From positions 289,156 to 353,155 of the forward strand of contig NIVC01000803.1 in NCBI GenBank assembly GCA_002269645.1: DNA of 64,000 bases, given 5' to 3'. Numbering within the stretch: the stretch's first letter is position 1; each line of letters starts with the position of its first letter. The DNA is from Macrostomum lignano. Its lineage: Eukaryota. The position numbers were made by a program, and so were the translations under genes. The notes beneath the pieces were generated by a model that was not told the origin of the DNA, did not search any database, and saw only the letters and a list, made by a program, of their open reading frames with translations. Below, piece after piece: positions 12,181 through 23,425 of this stretch.

Positions 12181-14908
12181 TATCAAGCCTCGACAGTGGG
12201 CAAACCTCAACTGCTGGATATCCTCAGCTAGGGCTGGAGACGATCGATTCTTGTTTGAAAAGGTGCGCAGCAAAAAGTTGAGCCGTGTTCTTGAATTTTG
12301 TGTGGTCTGAATTGCATATTTTCGGCGCAGCAAAAAAAATTCATGGGTGGGCCGGAAACTCCCCCTCCCCTTTAGTAGTAGTTCTACTGATAGTATGGAG
12401 CCCTGATATATGCACATTATTTTTAATAAGCAGCAGTGCCCTCCAAATAGTTCAAATTCGCTAGCGCTATCTGTGATGAATCGATGTATTTAAATTGAGA
12501 GCATTCATACATTGGTAGCGTATGGGGGGATAAGCCTTCAAACATTTCTAAGAAACGATAATTGTCGCAACCTACATTTATTTCGTGGGGGTGCGGATCC
12601 ACTACTTCAATATGTTTAGTCCGTCAATACTCATTAGAAACCGCGCTGAGAAACTCCATTTCTGATTAAATCAATGACAAAAAATCTATGCAAAAAGAAC
12701 CAAAGCAAATTGCATTTGACGATAATAGAAATAATCTGTCAAGTAGTAACTGTATATTTCAGAGACGAAAAAATGAACATCAAATAAAACGCAATTAACG
12801 CGGCTCTCTATAAAAGTAAACAACAGGTTCCGCAAAATCCTACTTTAAAGCTGCTAATGAGTTATGGACTTACATCGCAGAGCTATATGCTATTCGCCTG
12901 TAATAAACGAGGCAGGGACAATGGAAAATTCTACGATTTTGCTAGCACCTCCTACAGTCGCTTCCGCTTGCCAAGTGCAGTTGGAGGAGTTGAATCTCAT
13001 CGGTGCTCAACATTCTATTTGTCCGGTTAATAATTATATAGTATAACGGACGAATCAGCGAGTGAAAGCGTTTCAACCCGACGAGATACAACTCTCTCCA
13101 CTGGACCTGCAAGACTTGATGGTCTGGTGCTGCGCGAACTGGGATTGTATAAGGCGAATCGCCGAGCAGCATGGAACCAGGCCGGTTCCTCTTTCCTGCA
13201 GCGCTTAGCTATAGAAAGGAGGAGAGGCCACTCGAGTCCCCGTGCGCGGGGCTTTATTATTTCAGTCGATCCCTTATCTCTGCTGAGCTCTCTCCGAGCT
13301 TGGATAAGATAAAGGGCCCTTCGTTCCATTCGAATGGGCGGGTGAGGGCTCTGGACACGCGCGCTGTGCCATTGTGCAGGCGCACGTTTCTGGCTTGTTG
13401 CTGCGGCTATCTACACGTAATACGCTATAGATTAGCTATGGACCCATGCGTTTAGGCGTGCAGTGTGTTCCCAGTCCCACACAGGCTTATAAAGTTAAAT
13501 CTTATTGATTTTCCGACAATACGGTGTATCTCAGTCTCGGCCAGGGTCTCGGTCCACCCTTGAGAAACTTTATTATCGGACCTGCTATCGGTATAAGCCG
13601 CTGCCCCCCATGCTGTATCAATTGCCTCGAGCTTATTCGAGTTTACTCAGGCTCGGTTCAATATTATTCGATCCTGATAAAAAACAGGCCTCAAATATAT
13701 GGCTTTAGCTGCAACTTGACTCTGTTTACAAGGCTTGGGTGGGGTGGCTGTGCCATTGAATGCAGCAATTTAGTGTCAATAATAACGCCTGGAGATTGCG
13801 CACGACTTTGCAGAGGTCACCCATTAAGCCTGCTCATGCAGTCCAAAATATTCCTAATAAGGTGGAGGACTTTGACCCCCATCTGAGAAAAATGTGGATT
13901 CGATATTCATTCAGTTTGTTTTCAGGAAATTTTGAGCTCAGTTAATGCTAGAGTTTGAAAATGCCTGGACAATAATTCTGCGCTGCGATACGGCCAGAGC
14001 ATTCATTTGACCGCCTGACCCGCCAAAGTTTTACAATTGTATGATATTCCATACTGTGCTGGAGTCTTAACTTGTTGGGCCTCGAACTACTGCCAAATAT
14101 TCTGAAAAGTATTCTGTATTTCGCTTTCTGTAGATTAGACAATACAAGTGCACTACAATGCATAACTCTGCTTCACTTCTTTCGGAGAAAATCTTCTCCC
14201 GGCGGAGAAAAAGGGTGCCCTGGCTGCTGCTAAATATCCGATCATGTAAACAGCCCGTGTGACTTCTTTTTAATCAAAATACAATTCTACAAAATGTAGA
14301 AAACAACTCAACAAAAACTACCATAACTGTGGTCGCTCCCGCTTTTAGCGTCTTCATGTTCTCTTAACTCTACTGCAAGTAATACATAAACTATGCTGTG
14401 ACTGCAACATAACAATAGTTAATTGGATTGTGTTTATAAGTGTCTAAAGTTGCTATAAAAAAGCACCAGTACCGGTATTGAAGGAGTCTGACCTATACAC
14501 TGTTATTCTTCATCATCTTCATTATCCCACCATTCGTCCTTCGTTGCACTTGAATACGAGAAGCCAAGCGAGAAAAGTTGATAGAATGAATTAATATAAA
14601 CTTTAAGCCCTTATTCTAAGGACGCTCGCAAGTTGCCATTTCCCCCGGCTATGATAAATACAAGCATTTAGCTGCAAAACTTTCATGCGATAGAGTCTAG
14701 AGAGAAGAGGAGAGTAGAGGAGAGAGATTAGAGAGAAGGGAGCTGAGAAGACACAAACCTTGAGCTGGCCGGATGCCAAGCCGATCCGTTATCGATACTT
14801 TACAGGCTTAGGCTACAGGCAACTGAGTGAGTGAGCACCGGTCCTTCATTCCTCTTTGGTAGCAGGAGTGGTATAAGAATTTTGCTGCCTTAAACCAACT
14901 GCCAAACT

Positions 14909-15511
14909 TAACCCTAACCTAGACCCAACCTAAACCCTAACTCTAGCTCTAACCTAGACCCAACCTAAACTCTAACTCTAGCTCTAACCTAGACCCAACC
15001 TAAACCCTAACTCTAGCTCTAACCTAGACCCAACCTAAACCCTAGCTCTAGCTCTAACCTAGACCCAACCTAAACCCTAACTCTAGCTCTAACCTAGACC
15101 CAACCTAATTACTAACTCTAGCTCTAACCTAGACCCAACCTAAACTCTAGCTCTAACCTAGACCCAACCTAAACCCTAGCTCTAGCTCTAACCTAGACCC
15201 AACCTAAACCCTAACTCTAGCTCTAACCTAGACCCAACCTAAACTCTAACTCTAGCTCTAACCTAGACCCAACCTAATTACTAACTCTAGCTCTAACCTA
15301 GACCCAACCTAAACCCTAACTCTAGCTCTAACCTAGACCCAACCTAAACCCTAACTCTAGCTCTAACCTAGACCCAACCTAAACCCTAACTCTAGCTCTA
15401 ACCTAGACCCAACCTAAACCCTAACTCTAGCTCTAACCTAGACCCAACCTAAACCCTAACTCTAGCTCTAACCTAGACCCAACCTAAACCCTAACTCTCG
15501 CTCTAACCTAG
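14909..15511. repeat. Minisatellite, 35-bp unit (CTCTAACCTAGACCCAACCTAAACCCTAACTCTAG) built of CCCTAA-like subunits, ~17 copies
   Basis: Direct tandem repeats with some 29-bp shortened units. Confidence 0.92.
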
Positions 15512-16532
15512 AACATCGGCAGTCAAATTGAGCCAACCGGATTCAGTAAGTCTACCGATCTAGCATTTACCAGTGTTGCCAAAAAGTGTGATTCGAACTA
15601 GCATGACCGGTTTCTGAGACGTATTAAAGCAGTTTCAAGGACTACTTAACAACACAGGACGTTACACTTGCAAATAATGGCAGAATTCTTAAAGGAATAA
15701 ATAATGACTTTGAATGTATGTCTGGTTCATCTGTTGGAGAAAATAAAAATAATTAGTCGGAACACGTGCACATAAAAGGCTGTGTTCACTAGACTTTAAT
15801 TTCTGTAATAATGATGTGTATAATACATTATTTCTGTAAATAATGTATTATACACATTGCTTCACAAGCAAAAAGGCCACTAAAACCATAGACATACATT
15901 AAAAGCGGCCTTTTAGAATTCTGCCAATATTTTCAAGTGTAACGTTCTGTGTTGTTAAGTAGTCCTTGAGCAGTTTCTTGAGCGTACAATTGACAGTTGA
16001 ACAACCTGAGCCTAGGCTAATTAAAAAACTGTTTGCCTAAAATGTGAAAAAAGCAAGATAATTTGAGCCAAATCAAACTGGAATACACTTTATCCGACAC
16101 AGTGCTGACAAGAAATAATAAACTGGTCACAGAACAGAGAAGGACGTGTATATATTCTGTTGGGATATTAATAGACACACACGCGGCTGTTTCACAAGTC
16201 AATCAACAGTAGACTTCCAATATTCAATGTCAGATATATCATATCCAAAGGTTTCAGTTACCCAAAGCAACGAAACTATTATTGTTTGGTTAAAATCAAT
16301 CAAGTTACTGATCGATCTTGCAACAATTGCTATTTTAACCAACTAAGGGGCAAAAAAATAATAAAGAGATCCAGTAACACAGTGAAGGACTTAAGCAAAA
16401 CAGTGTTAAGGGAGGGGGCGGCATCAGGAGTCCGACAATAAAGGTGCTTATCGTTACTCAACACACACGAGAAATGCATGCGTTAGTCATTGAAAACACA
16501 CTTTAAAAACAAGAAACTGATAAGATCAGTAA

Positions 16533-19500
16533 TCACTTCATTCTGGCGTCGTTAGCCTTAGTAATCTCTTTAGTCAGCTCCTCCTTATAGGAGAAGATGT
16601 CGCCTTCCCACTTGGTCACTTTGCAATTGTTGCACTCCCAGATTTCCTCTGCCACCTGTTGAATGAGTCGGAAATCGTGACTGACCAACAGCAGGCCGCC
16701 CTGGAACTCGCAGATGGCCTCGGCCAGAGCGTCGATAGTCTCGATGTCCAAGTGGTTGGTCGGCTCGTCCAGCAGCAGCATGTGCGGCGATTTGTTGGCC
16801 AGCCAGGCAAAGATAATTCGGCATCGCTGTCCGTCGGACAGTGTCCGAATCGGGCACACCTGCTGGGCCCCAGTTAGTCCGTATCGGCCGAGTATTTTGC
16901 GCATCTCGTCCCGTTCCGTAATCTCGGGAAACTGGCGCATCATCCAATCTAGCGAGGTCAGCGATATGTCCAGCATCTCGTGCAGGTGCTGATGATAGCG
17001 ACCGATTCTAACGTGCGAGTGCCGCCTGATGAGGCCGTCAGTTGGCTGCAGCTCGCCGGCGATCAGCTTCAGCAGAGTGCTCTTGCCTGAATTGCAGCAG
17101 CGCGTTAAGTTTAAGAAATATTTTTTAAGCTACTGTTAGTAGCTGATTTGGTTATTACATTATTTAAATAGAGTATTATACAGTTTGCTGGTAAAGGCAT
17201 GTTCTTCGGGGAGTAGATTTCTGAGAATAGTAAACTTCAAATATGAGCTAACCTCTATGGATTGGATCTATGTCCATAGGGATTGATTTTTATAGGGATA
17301 TAGATTTGTCCATAGGGATATAGATTTGGCTCTAGAGATATAGATTTGTCTTTGAGGATACAGCTTTCTCTCTAGGGGCATAAATGTGTTTCTATGGATA
17401 TAAAGTTGTCTCTAGGGTCATAGACTTGTCTCTAGAGATATAGATTTATCTCTAGAGATATACGAGGGGTGTCCAAAAAGTCGGTGCACTTTCTTCACCA
17501 CAGCCTTTTTTGACCGATCAGAAATACTAAGTCTGTTGCAGTTGAAAAGAGAATTATCTGGCCGTTAAAATGACTTTCTGTTTATTTCTGCATCTGCTGG
17601 CATTCTTGAGATATGAGCACTTTTCTGCCCCACCCCCTGTGCTACTTTTACAAATTGCCATAGACCAAAGCTTACGTGATGCACGAAACAACGAAACATT
17701 CAACCGATCAAAAAAACATCCGCAACATGAAAGTTGAGGAAAGAACAGTCAAAAGTTAATCATCAACATTGTCCTGAGGCTTCTCCACATAGTCACCACT
17801 GCGCTGCACACTTCTGCCATCGGCTGTGCATGTCGACAACGCACGTCCCACATGGCCAAGAAAACGGAGGAGACGATCGAGCAGGCAAATTTTGTGCTGC
17901 TCTCACTGCCACCCTACTCTCCGGATTTCTCAACAGCTGACTTTGCCTTCTTTCCAAAGAGGAAGAAGCTGCTGCATGGAAAAATCTTTGCTTGTCGTGG
18001 GAGCCTGGAAGCATTGACTCGCCAAGTTCTCCTTCATGAGATGCCGCGCTCAGATTTTGCTGATTGACGACATTGACGACATGCACAGCCGATGGCAGAA
18101 GTGTGCAGCGCAGTGGTGACTATGTGGAGAAGCCTCAGGACAATGTTGATGATTAACTTTTGACTGTTCTTTCCTCAGGCAGAAAAGTGCTCATATCTCA
18201 AGAATGCCAGCAGATATAGAAATAAACAGAAAGTCATTTTAACGGCCAGATAGTTCTCTTTTCCACTGCAACGGACTTAATATTTCTGATCGGCCAGAAA
18301 AGGCTGTTGTGAAGAAAGTGCACCGACTTTTGGGACACTCCTCTTAGATGTGTCTATATATGTCTATAGATATAGGGTTTTATCTCTAGGGATATAGATT
18401 AGTTTACGAGGATAGAGATCATACATAAGAGTCCAGACTCAATAACACGCATATTATTATAAAGCATAAAAAATCCGAATCAATAAAAAAGCACACTCAC
18501 CAGCTCCATTTGGACCAACCAGAGCCACTCGGGTGTCCAGATCCACGCCAAAGTCCAGATCTTTATAGATAAAAGGCTTGCCAGGCGCGTACTGGAAGCT
18601 GACATTCTGAATCATAATCACTGGCGGCGGAATCTCGCCACAGTCGGGAAAGTAGAACGTGACAGTTTTGTCGTGAGCAACCCGGTCTGTCAGGCCTTTG
18701 TCAACCATCTTAGCCAGGGTTTTCTCTTTGCTCTGCGCCTGCCTAGCCAGCTTAGCCGAGCCGTGGCCAAACCTGGCTATGTAATTGCGCATGTTGGATA
18801 TCTGGCCCTGCTCCCATTTGAATCGCTTCATCTGGTTCTCCTCCATCTCCATGCGAGTCTGCATGTACTGATCAAAATTGCCGCCATAGTAGATCAGGCG
18901 TTTGTGCCGCATATGGATTATATTAGTGCAGACGCCGTTGAGAAAGTCCTGAGAATGGCTGATGATGACAAGGATTCGCTTGTACTGCTTCAGCTCCTCC
19001 TCAAGCCAGACGCAGGCGTTCAGATCCAGATGGTTGGTGGGCTCGTCCAGCATCAGCAGGTCTGGCTTCACGAACAGAGCCCTGGCCAGGGAGATGCGCA
19101 TGCGCCAGCCGCCGCTGAAGTGCTTTACCTAGCAGGTTGGGGTGCAGAGCTCCGTGAACCCCAGACCGTGCAGAAGCTAATCATGCTACTATCAGTAGGG
19201 AAATGGCATACTATACAGATTATTTACCTGCTTATTCTGCATCTCGGCCGTGCAGAAGCTAATCATGCTACTATCAGTAGGGAAATGGCATACTATACAG
19301 ATTATTTACCTGCTTATTCTGCATCTCGGCCGTGCAGAAGCTAATCATGCTACTATCAGTAGGGAAATGGCATACTATACAGATTATTTACCTGCTTATT
19401 CTGCATCTCGGCCGTGCAGAAGCTAATCATGCTACTATCAGTAGGGAAATGGCATACTATACAGATTATTTACCTGCTTATTCTGCATCTCGGCCGTGCA

Positions 19501-20751
19501 GAAGCTAATCATGCTACTATCAGTAGGGAAATGGCATACTATACAGATTATTTACCTGTTTGTTCTGCATCTCGGCCGTGCAGAAGCTAATCATGCTACT
19601 ATCAGTAGGGAAATGGCATACTATACAGATTATTTACCTGCTTATTCTGCATCTCGGCCGTGCAGAAGCTAATCATGCTACTATCAGTAGGGAAATGGCA
19701 TACTATACAGATTATTTACCTGTTTGTTCTGCATCTCGGCCGTGCAGAAGCTAATCATGCTACTAACAGTAGGGAAATGGCATACTATACAGATTATTTA
19801 CCTGTTTGTTCTGCATCTCGGCCGTGCAGAAGCTAATCATGCTACTATCAGTAGGGAAATGGCATACTATACAGATTATTTACCTGTTTGTTCTGCATCT
19901 CGGCCGTGCAGAAGCTAATCATGCTACTAACAGTAGGGAAATGGCATACTATACAGATTATTTACCTGTTTGTTCTGCATCTCGGCCGTGAACCCCAGAC
20001 CGTGCAGAAGCTCCGCAGCCCTGGTGGCGGCCTTGTCAGCGTCTAATTCTTCCAGCCGATCGTAGATGTCCATCAGGCGATCGTGAGATTCCTGATCTTC
20101 GTGCAGAGCCAGAGCCTCGGCCTCGGTCTCCAGCCTGACGCGCTCCTCGTCAACTTCCATGACGCACTGTATCGCAGTTTTGTCAGACGGCGGCATCTCG
20201 CGTTGCAACAGGAAAATGTCCACATGCGGCTGAATCTGCAGCTCCCGGTTGGCCAGCGCGGCCAGCAGGGTGCTCTTGCCGCAGCCATTCAGCCCAATCA
20301 GGCCGTAGCGCCGGCCGCAGTTCAGCTCCAGCTTGGTGTCCTGCAGCAGCTCCTGGCCGTGGAAGGTGATGCTCAAATTAATTAGCTGAATATCGCGAGC
20401 GTCCGGGTGGCTGGCTAATACGCTGGTGCAGGCCCGGTGCGCCACCACCCGGTCAGACAGCAGGTTGAGAGTCTCAATCTCGCTGGCCAGAGCGCTTGGC
20501 ATGTCGTCGTCTGAGCCCATGAAATCTTCGTCCTTGTCGGCCGAGGCGGAGGCAGCGGCGGCGCCATTGGCCGAGGAGGCGCCAACAGTTTCAGTTCCGT
20601 TAGGCCCAGTCTCCGGCACTTCATCGCCTGCCGCGCTGCCAGCTTCATCTTCATTGTCGCGCTGCTGCTGTTGCAACGGTTTCTTAACGTCCTTGCGCTT
20701 GGCGGCGTCCTTTTTAGCTTGGGCTCGCTTCTTCTTGTGATCGGATGGCAT
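16533..20751 (-). CDS. ABCF2: ATP-binding cassette sub-family F member 2 (soluble, translation-associated ABC ATPase), 655 aa
   Basis: Exons 20751(ATG)-19966, 19128-18501 and 17086-16533 join in frame (1968 nt). Two ABC domains with Walker A GLNGCGKS and GPNGAGKS, signatures FSGGW and LSDGQ, and two LDEPTNHLD Walker B/D-loops. The linker [21 protein letters not shown] and N-terminus [18 protein letters not shown] are characteristic of ABCF2. No transmembrane segments. Confidence 0.97.
17255..18420. repeat. Degenerate ~20-bp repeat (CTAGGGATATAGATTTGTCT-like) interrupted by the mariner element
   Basis: The same decayed motif lies at 17255-17460 and 18347-18420, on both sides of the transposon in ABCF2 intron 2. 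Confidence 0.6.
17463..18344 (+). mobile_element. Non-autonomous mariner (Tc1/mariner) derivative with long inverted arms
   Basis: TA at both flanks (17461-62, 18345-46) and ~165-bp terminal inverted repeats. Internal transposase remnant HVDNARP and [24 protein letters not shown] (mariner DNARPH and YSPDL motifs), frameshifted. Confidence 0.9.
19170..19989. repeat. 82-bp minisatellite, 10 copies, containing the ABCF2 exon-1 end and splice donor
   Basis: Units start every 82 bp from 19170 to 19908. On the gene strand each carries ...GAGATGCAGAACAAACAG|GTAAAT (or the variant GAATAAGCAG|GTAAAT). Confidence 0.95.
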
Positions 20752-20885
20752 GGCTGCTGATGCTGTTTCTATAGCAACGAGTATTATAGCATGCACAAAT
20801 TCGGATTGAATTCCAATTTAAATTCACGAGAATTACCGTTGTCACGAGGTAACTAGTTAGATGTTATGTACAAATACTTTTCATA

Positions 20886-21187
20886 GGGGCTGCAGCATAG
20901 TGGTTAGAGCGTTGGAAGCACGACTTGAAGGCCTGAGGTTCGATTCCCAATCCCACTGCAACAGTCTGTGTCTCTGAGCAAGACACTCAACTCTGCATTG
21001 CTTCAGTTCATCCAGCTGTAAAATGGGTGCTAGCATTAGCTGGGGTAATTAAGGGTGTGTGGCAACCCCCAGTCCTTGGACTGAACAGCCATGCACAGCC
21101 TTCAGATGTGCTACACAATAGCTGTGGCTAAGCTGTCGGTTGCACATCTACCCATTAGGGTAGGCCTAATCAATTATTATTATTATT
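20886..21187 (+). mobile_element. tRNA-derived SINE with CORE-like central domain and (TTA)n tail
   Basis: A-box-like CAGCATAGTGG and B-box GGTTCGATTCC (20937-47). The centre CTGTGTCTCTGAGCAAGACACTCAAC...CAGCTGTAAAATGGG resembles the CORE-SINE consensus. The body aligns with 38840-39030. The TTA tail resumes at 23426 after an insertion. Confidence 0.85.
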
Positions 21188-21189
21188 GA

Positions 21190-22436
21190 TGTAACCACGC
21201 TCTGGTCACGGGATAGGGCAGGGGAACTTTTTCGAAAGTGCCTCCTATCGCCCTGCATCCCCTATACGGAGCTGTTGAGACTCGGCCAGGTCTTCGACCA
21301 GGCCTGGAGACTCCCGCTCTGCTGCACCCCCTGCTGCCTTGGCTCCGTCTCCCCTGCCGCCGCACTTGCCTTTCCGGAGCTCCCCCTCCCTCTTTGTACC
21401 TCCCCCTACCCTATCTCTTCTGCTTTCCGCCCTATCCTTCGTGTACTTTTCCTGTCTCCCCTCTTTTTTCCCTTTCTGCACTATTTTCCTGCGCTGTCCC
21501 CCTTTCTCTGCGTCTACTTACAGTATTTTGTGCGCTCACCGTCACCCCATCCCTTCTCAAACTCCCAAACGGTGACGCAAGTCGTGTGACCCCTTCTTCC
21601 CCTCGATGACTCATCGATGACTCATCCCCCTCTCTTGCGCAACCTTTTCTCATGCTATTGTTCTCCTCCCCAAATTTCTCATGCGACACCCACCCCACCT
21701 CCCCTTCTATTGTTCTCGTTTTTGATTCTTTTGTTCTCTTTACCCCCACCAATTATCACATTTTCTCCGATTTTCTCTTTCTATTGTTCTCGTTTTCGCA
21801 CCTAATTATCCCCTTTTCTCCAATGTTTGCTTTTCTATTGTTCTCGATTCTCCCCAATTATCCCCGATTTCCAATTCCTTTGTTCTCGACCCCAGCCCCA
21901 TTGTTCTCAATGTTTGCTTGCGCAACACTTTCTCGACCTCCCGCTGCGCCAATTATCCCCCCACCACACCTCCGGATTGCGCAATTCTCCCATTTCTCAT
22001 GTTGCTATGCCGTTCTCATGCTTCTCATCATGACTCATTCTGACGTCATTCTGCCGGCAGCCAATCAGAGAGAGGGAGTCATGGAAACGACCTTGGAGCG
22101 GCGGCTGGGATGGCTATATAAGGAAGCGATTTTGGGCATGAGAATTCTAAACTCTTCTTTCCGGTCTCCTCAGACTGTGTTCCTTCTCGTCCTGCTGTGG
22201 ACTTGCTGTCAGACCTTGATCTGACCTATTCGTCTATAGGACGGACCTCTGCCGGTCCGCGGTCTGATACCGCCAAGTTACCTTTGCTCCCCAAGTGAGC
22301 TCGCCTATCGGCCAGCGGTCTGATACCGCACAGCATCATCAGCATCGCCTGACCTACATCAGCGCCTCGTCGCTTCAGCGCATCGCCGCTTCACTGTCTG
22401 CCTGAGTGCAGCCTACAGCCGTCCCCGGTCACTCCA

Positions 22437-22471
<35 letters not shown>

Positions 22472-23425
22472 AGCTGCCGGTAAGTTCCTATTACTAATTT
22501 GTGCTCTAATCGCCTTTACTTATCCGGGGTTTGCCTATTTCCCATTGCTTGATTAGAGAGCTGAGCCAATTGTGATACCGTATCTTTTGCTGTACTTTTA
22601 CTCAATAGTGAAGCCGCCTAATTGCCTGATTATTTGCCTAAGGGCCTAATTATTAACTATTAACTAACCTCATCATTATTCACTCTTTCACCATCATTTC
22701 ACTCATGGCTTGCTAAGCCTTTCTCCCGGGGTGGCAAAGCATAAGGAAGTTTGGGTAAGCTAATGGCCTCTCCCCGTGCAAAGCCCGCCTGTGAGTGCGT
22801 GCTGCGGGGCCGTGTGTGCGTGCAGTAGAGGGTATTAGCGAGTCTTGGCACAGAATGGCAGTAGGAAGGTTGCAACCCCATGCTAGCGCGTCCCTTCGCC
22901 CTGAGCAATCTAAACTATAGACAGTACATGTTCGCCTCATACTTCTCTTAGTAGTCAAAGTCGCAAGTCAGCCTCGCTCACAGCCACAAAGGATCCCCTG
23001 CTGAGAAATCCTCCAGATTGAGCCCAGAGTTCCCGATCATGCCCCAAGCAGAGTCCCTGTACTCGGCTGCATGTGTCTCCCCTGTTAGCCTAAATCTCCT
23101 GGTAACCATCCCAGGCGGGGCTCTAGCCTCGAGAGGTCTGGTAGTAAGATCCAGGTGCGCCAGGTCACATAGAATGGTGGCAGCCACTCGGTCATACTAT
23201 GACCGAGTGACCAACTATTGCACCTTGGCTACAGGTGCGGTCCATGTGGGTCCTTGGCCCTCTGGTCACGAAGCGCTACCAAAGCTATCAATCATGTGGG
23301 CGGGACAGTCTGGTGCTGGAGGTCCGTCAGGTCATTGCCCGGTCATAGGCAGCCTACGGTCATTGCCCCCCTCTAGTCACGCGTTCGTCTCTCAACGGAG
23401 CGGACAGGCGACAAGGGCGGTTACA
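21190..23425 (+). mobile_element. Putative solo LTR or non-coding LTR-element derivative, 2236 bp
   Basis: Termini TGTAACC...GGTTACA (7-bp terminal inverted repeat, TG..CA) splitting the SINE (TTA)n tail. TATA-like GCTATATAAG at ~22112. No recognisable gag/pol and no clean TSD. Confidence 0.6.
22440..22467. repeat. (CT)14 microsatellite
   Basis: Read directly. Confidence 0.95.

Noticed and set aside
20886-20960. Functional tRNA genes here and at 33770, 53432, 54405
   Set aside because: A/B boxes are present, but there are no proper acceptor or anticodon stems and no poly-T terminator. Two continue into a shared SINE body.
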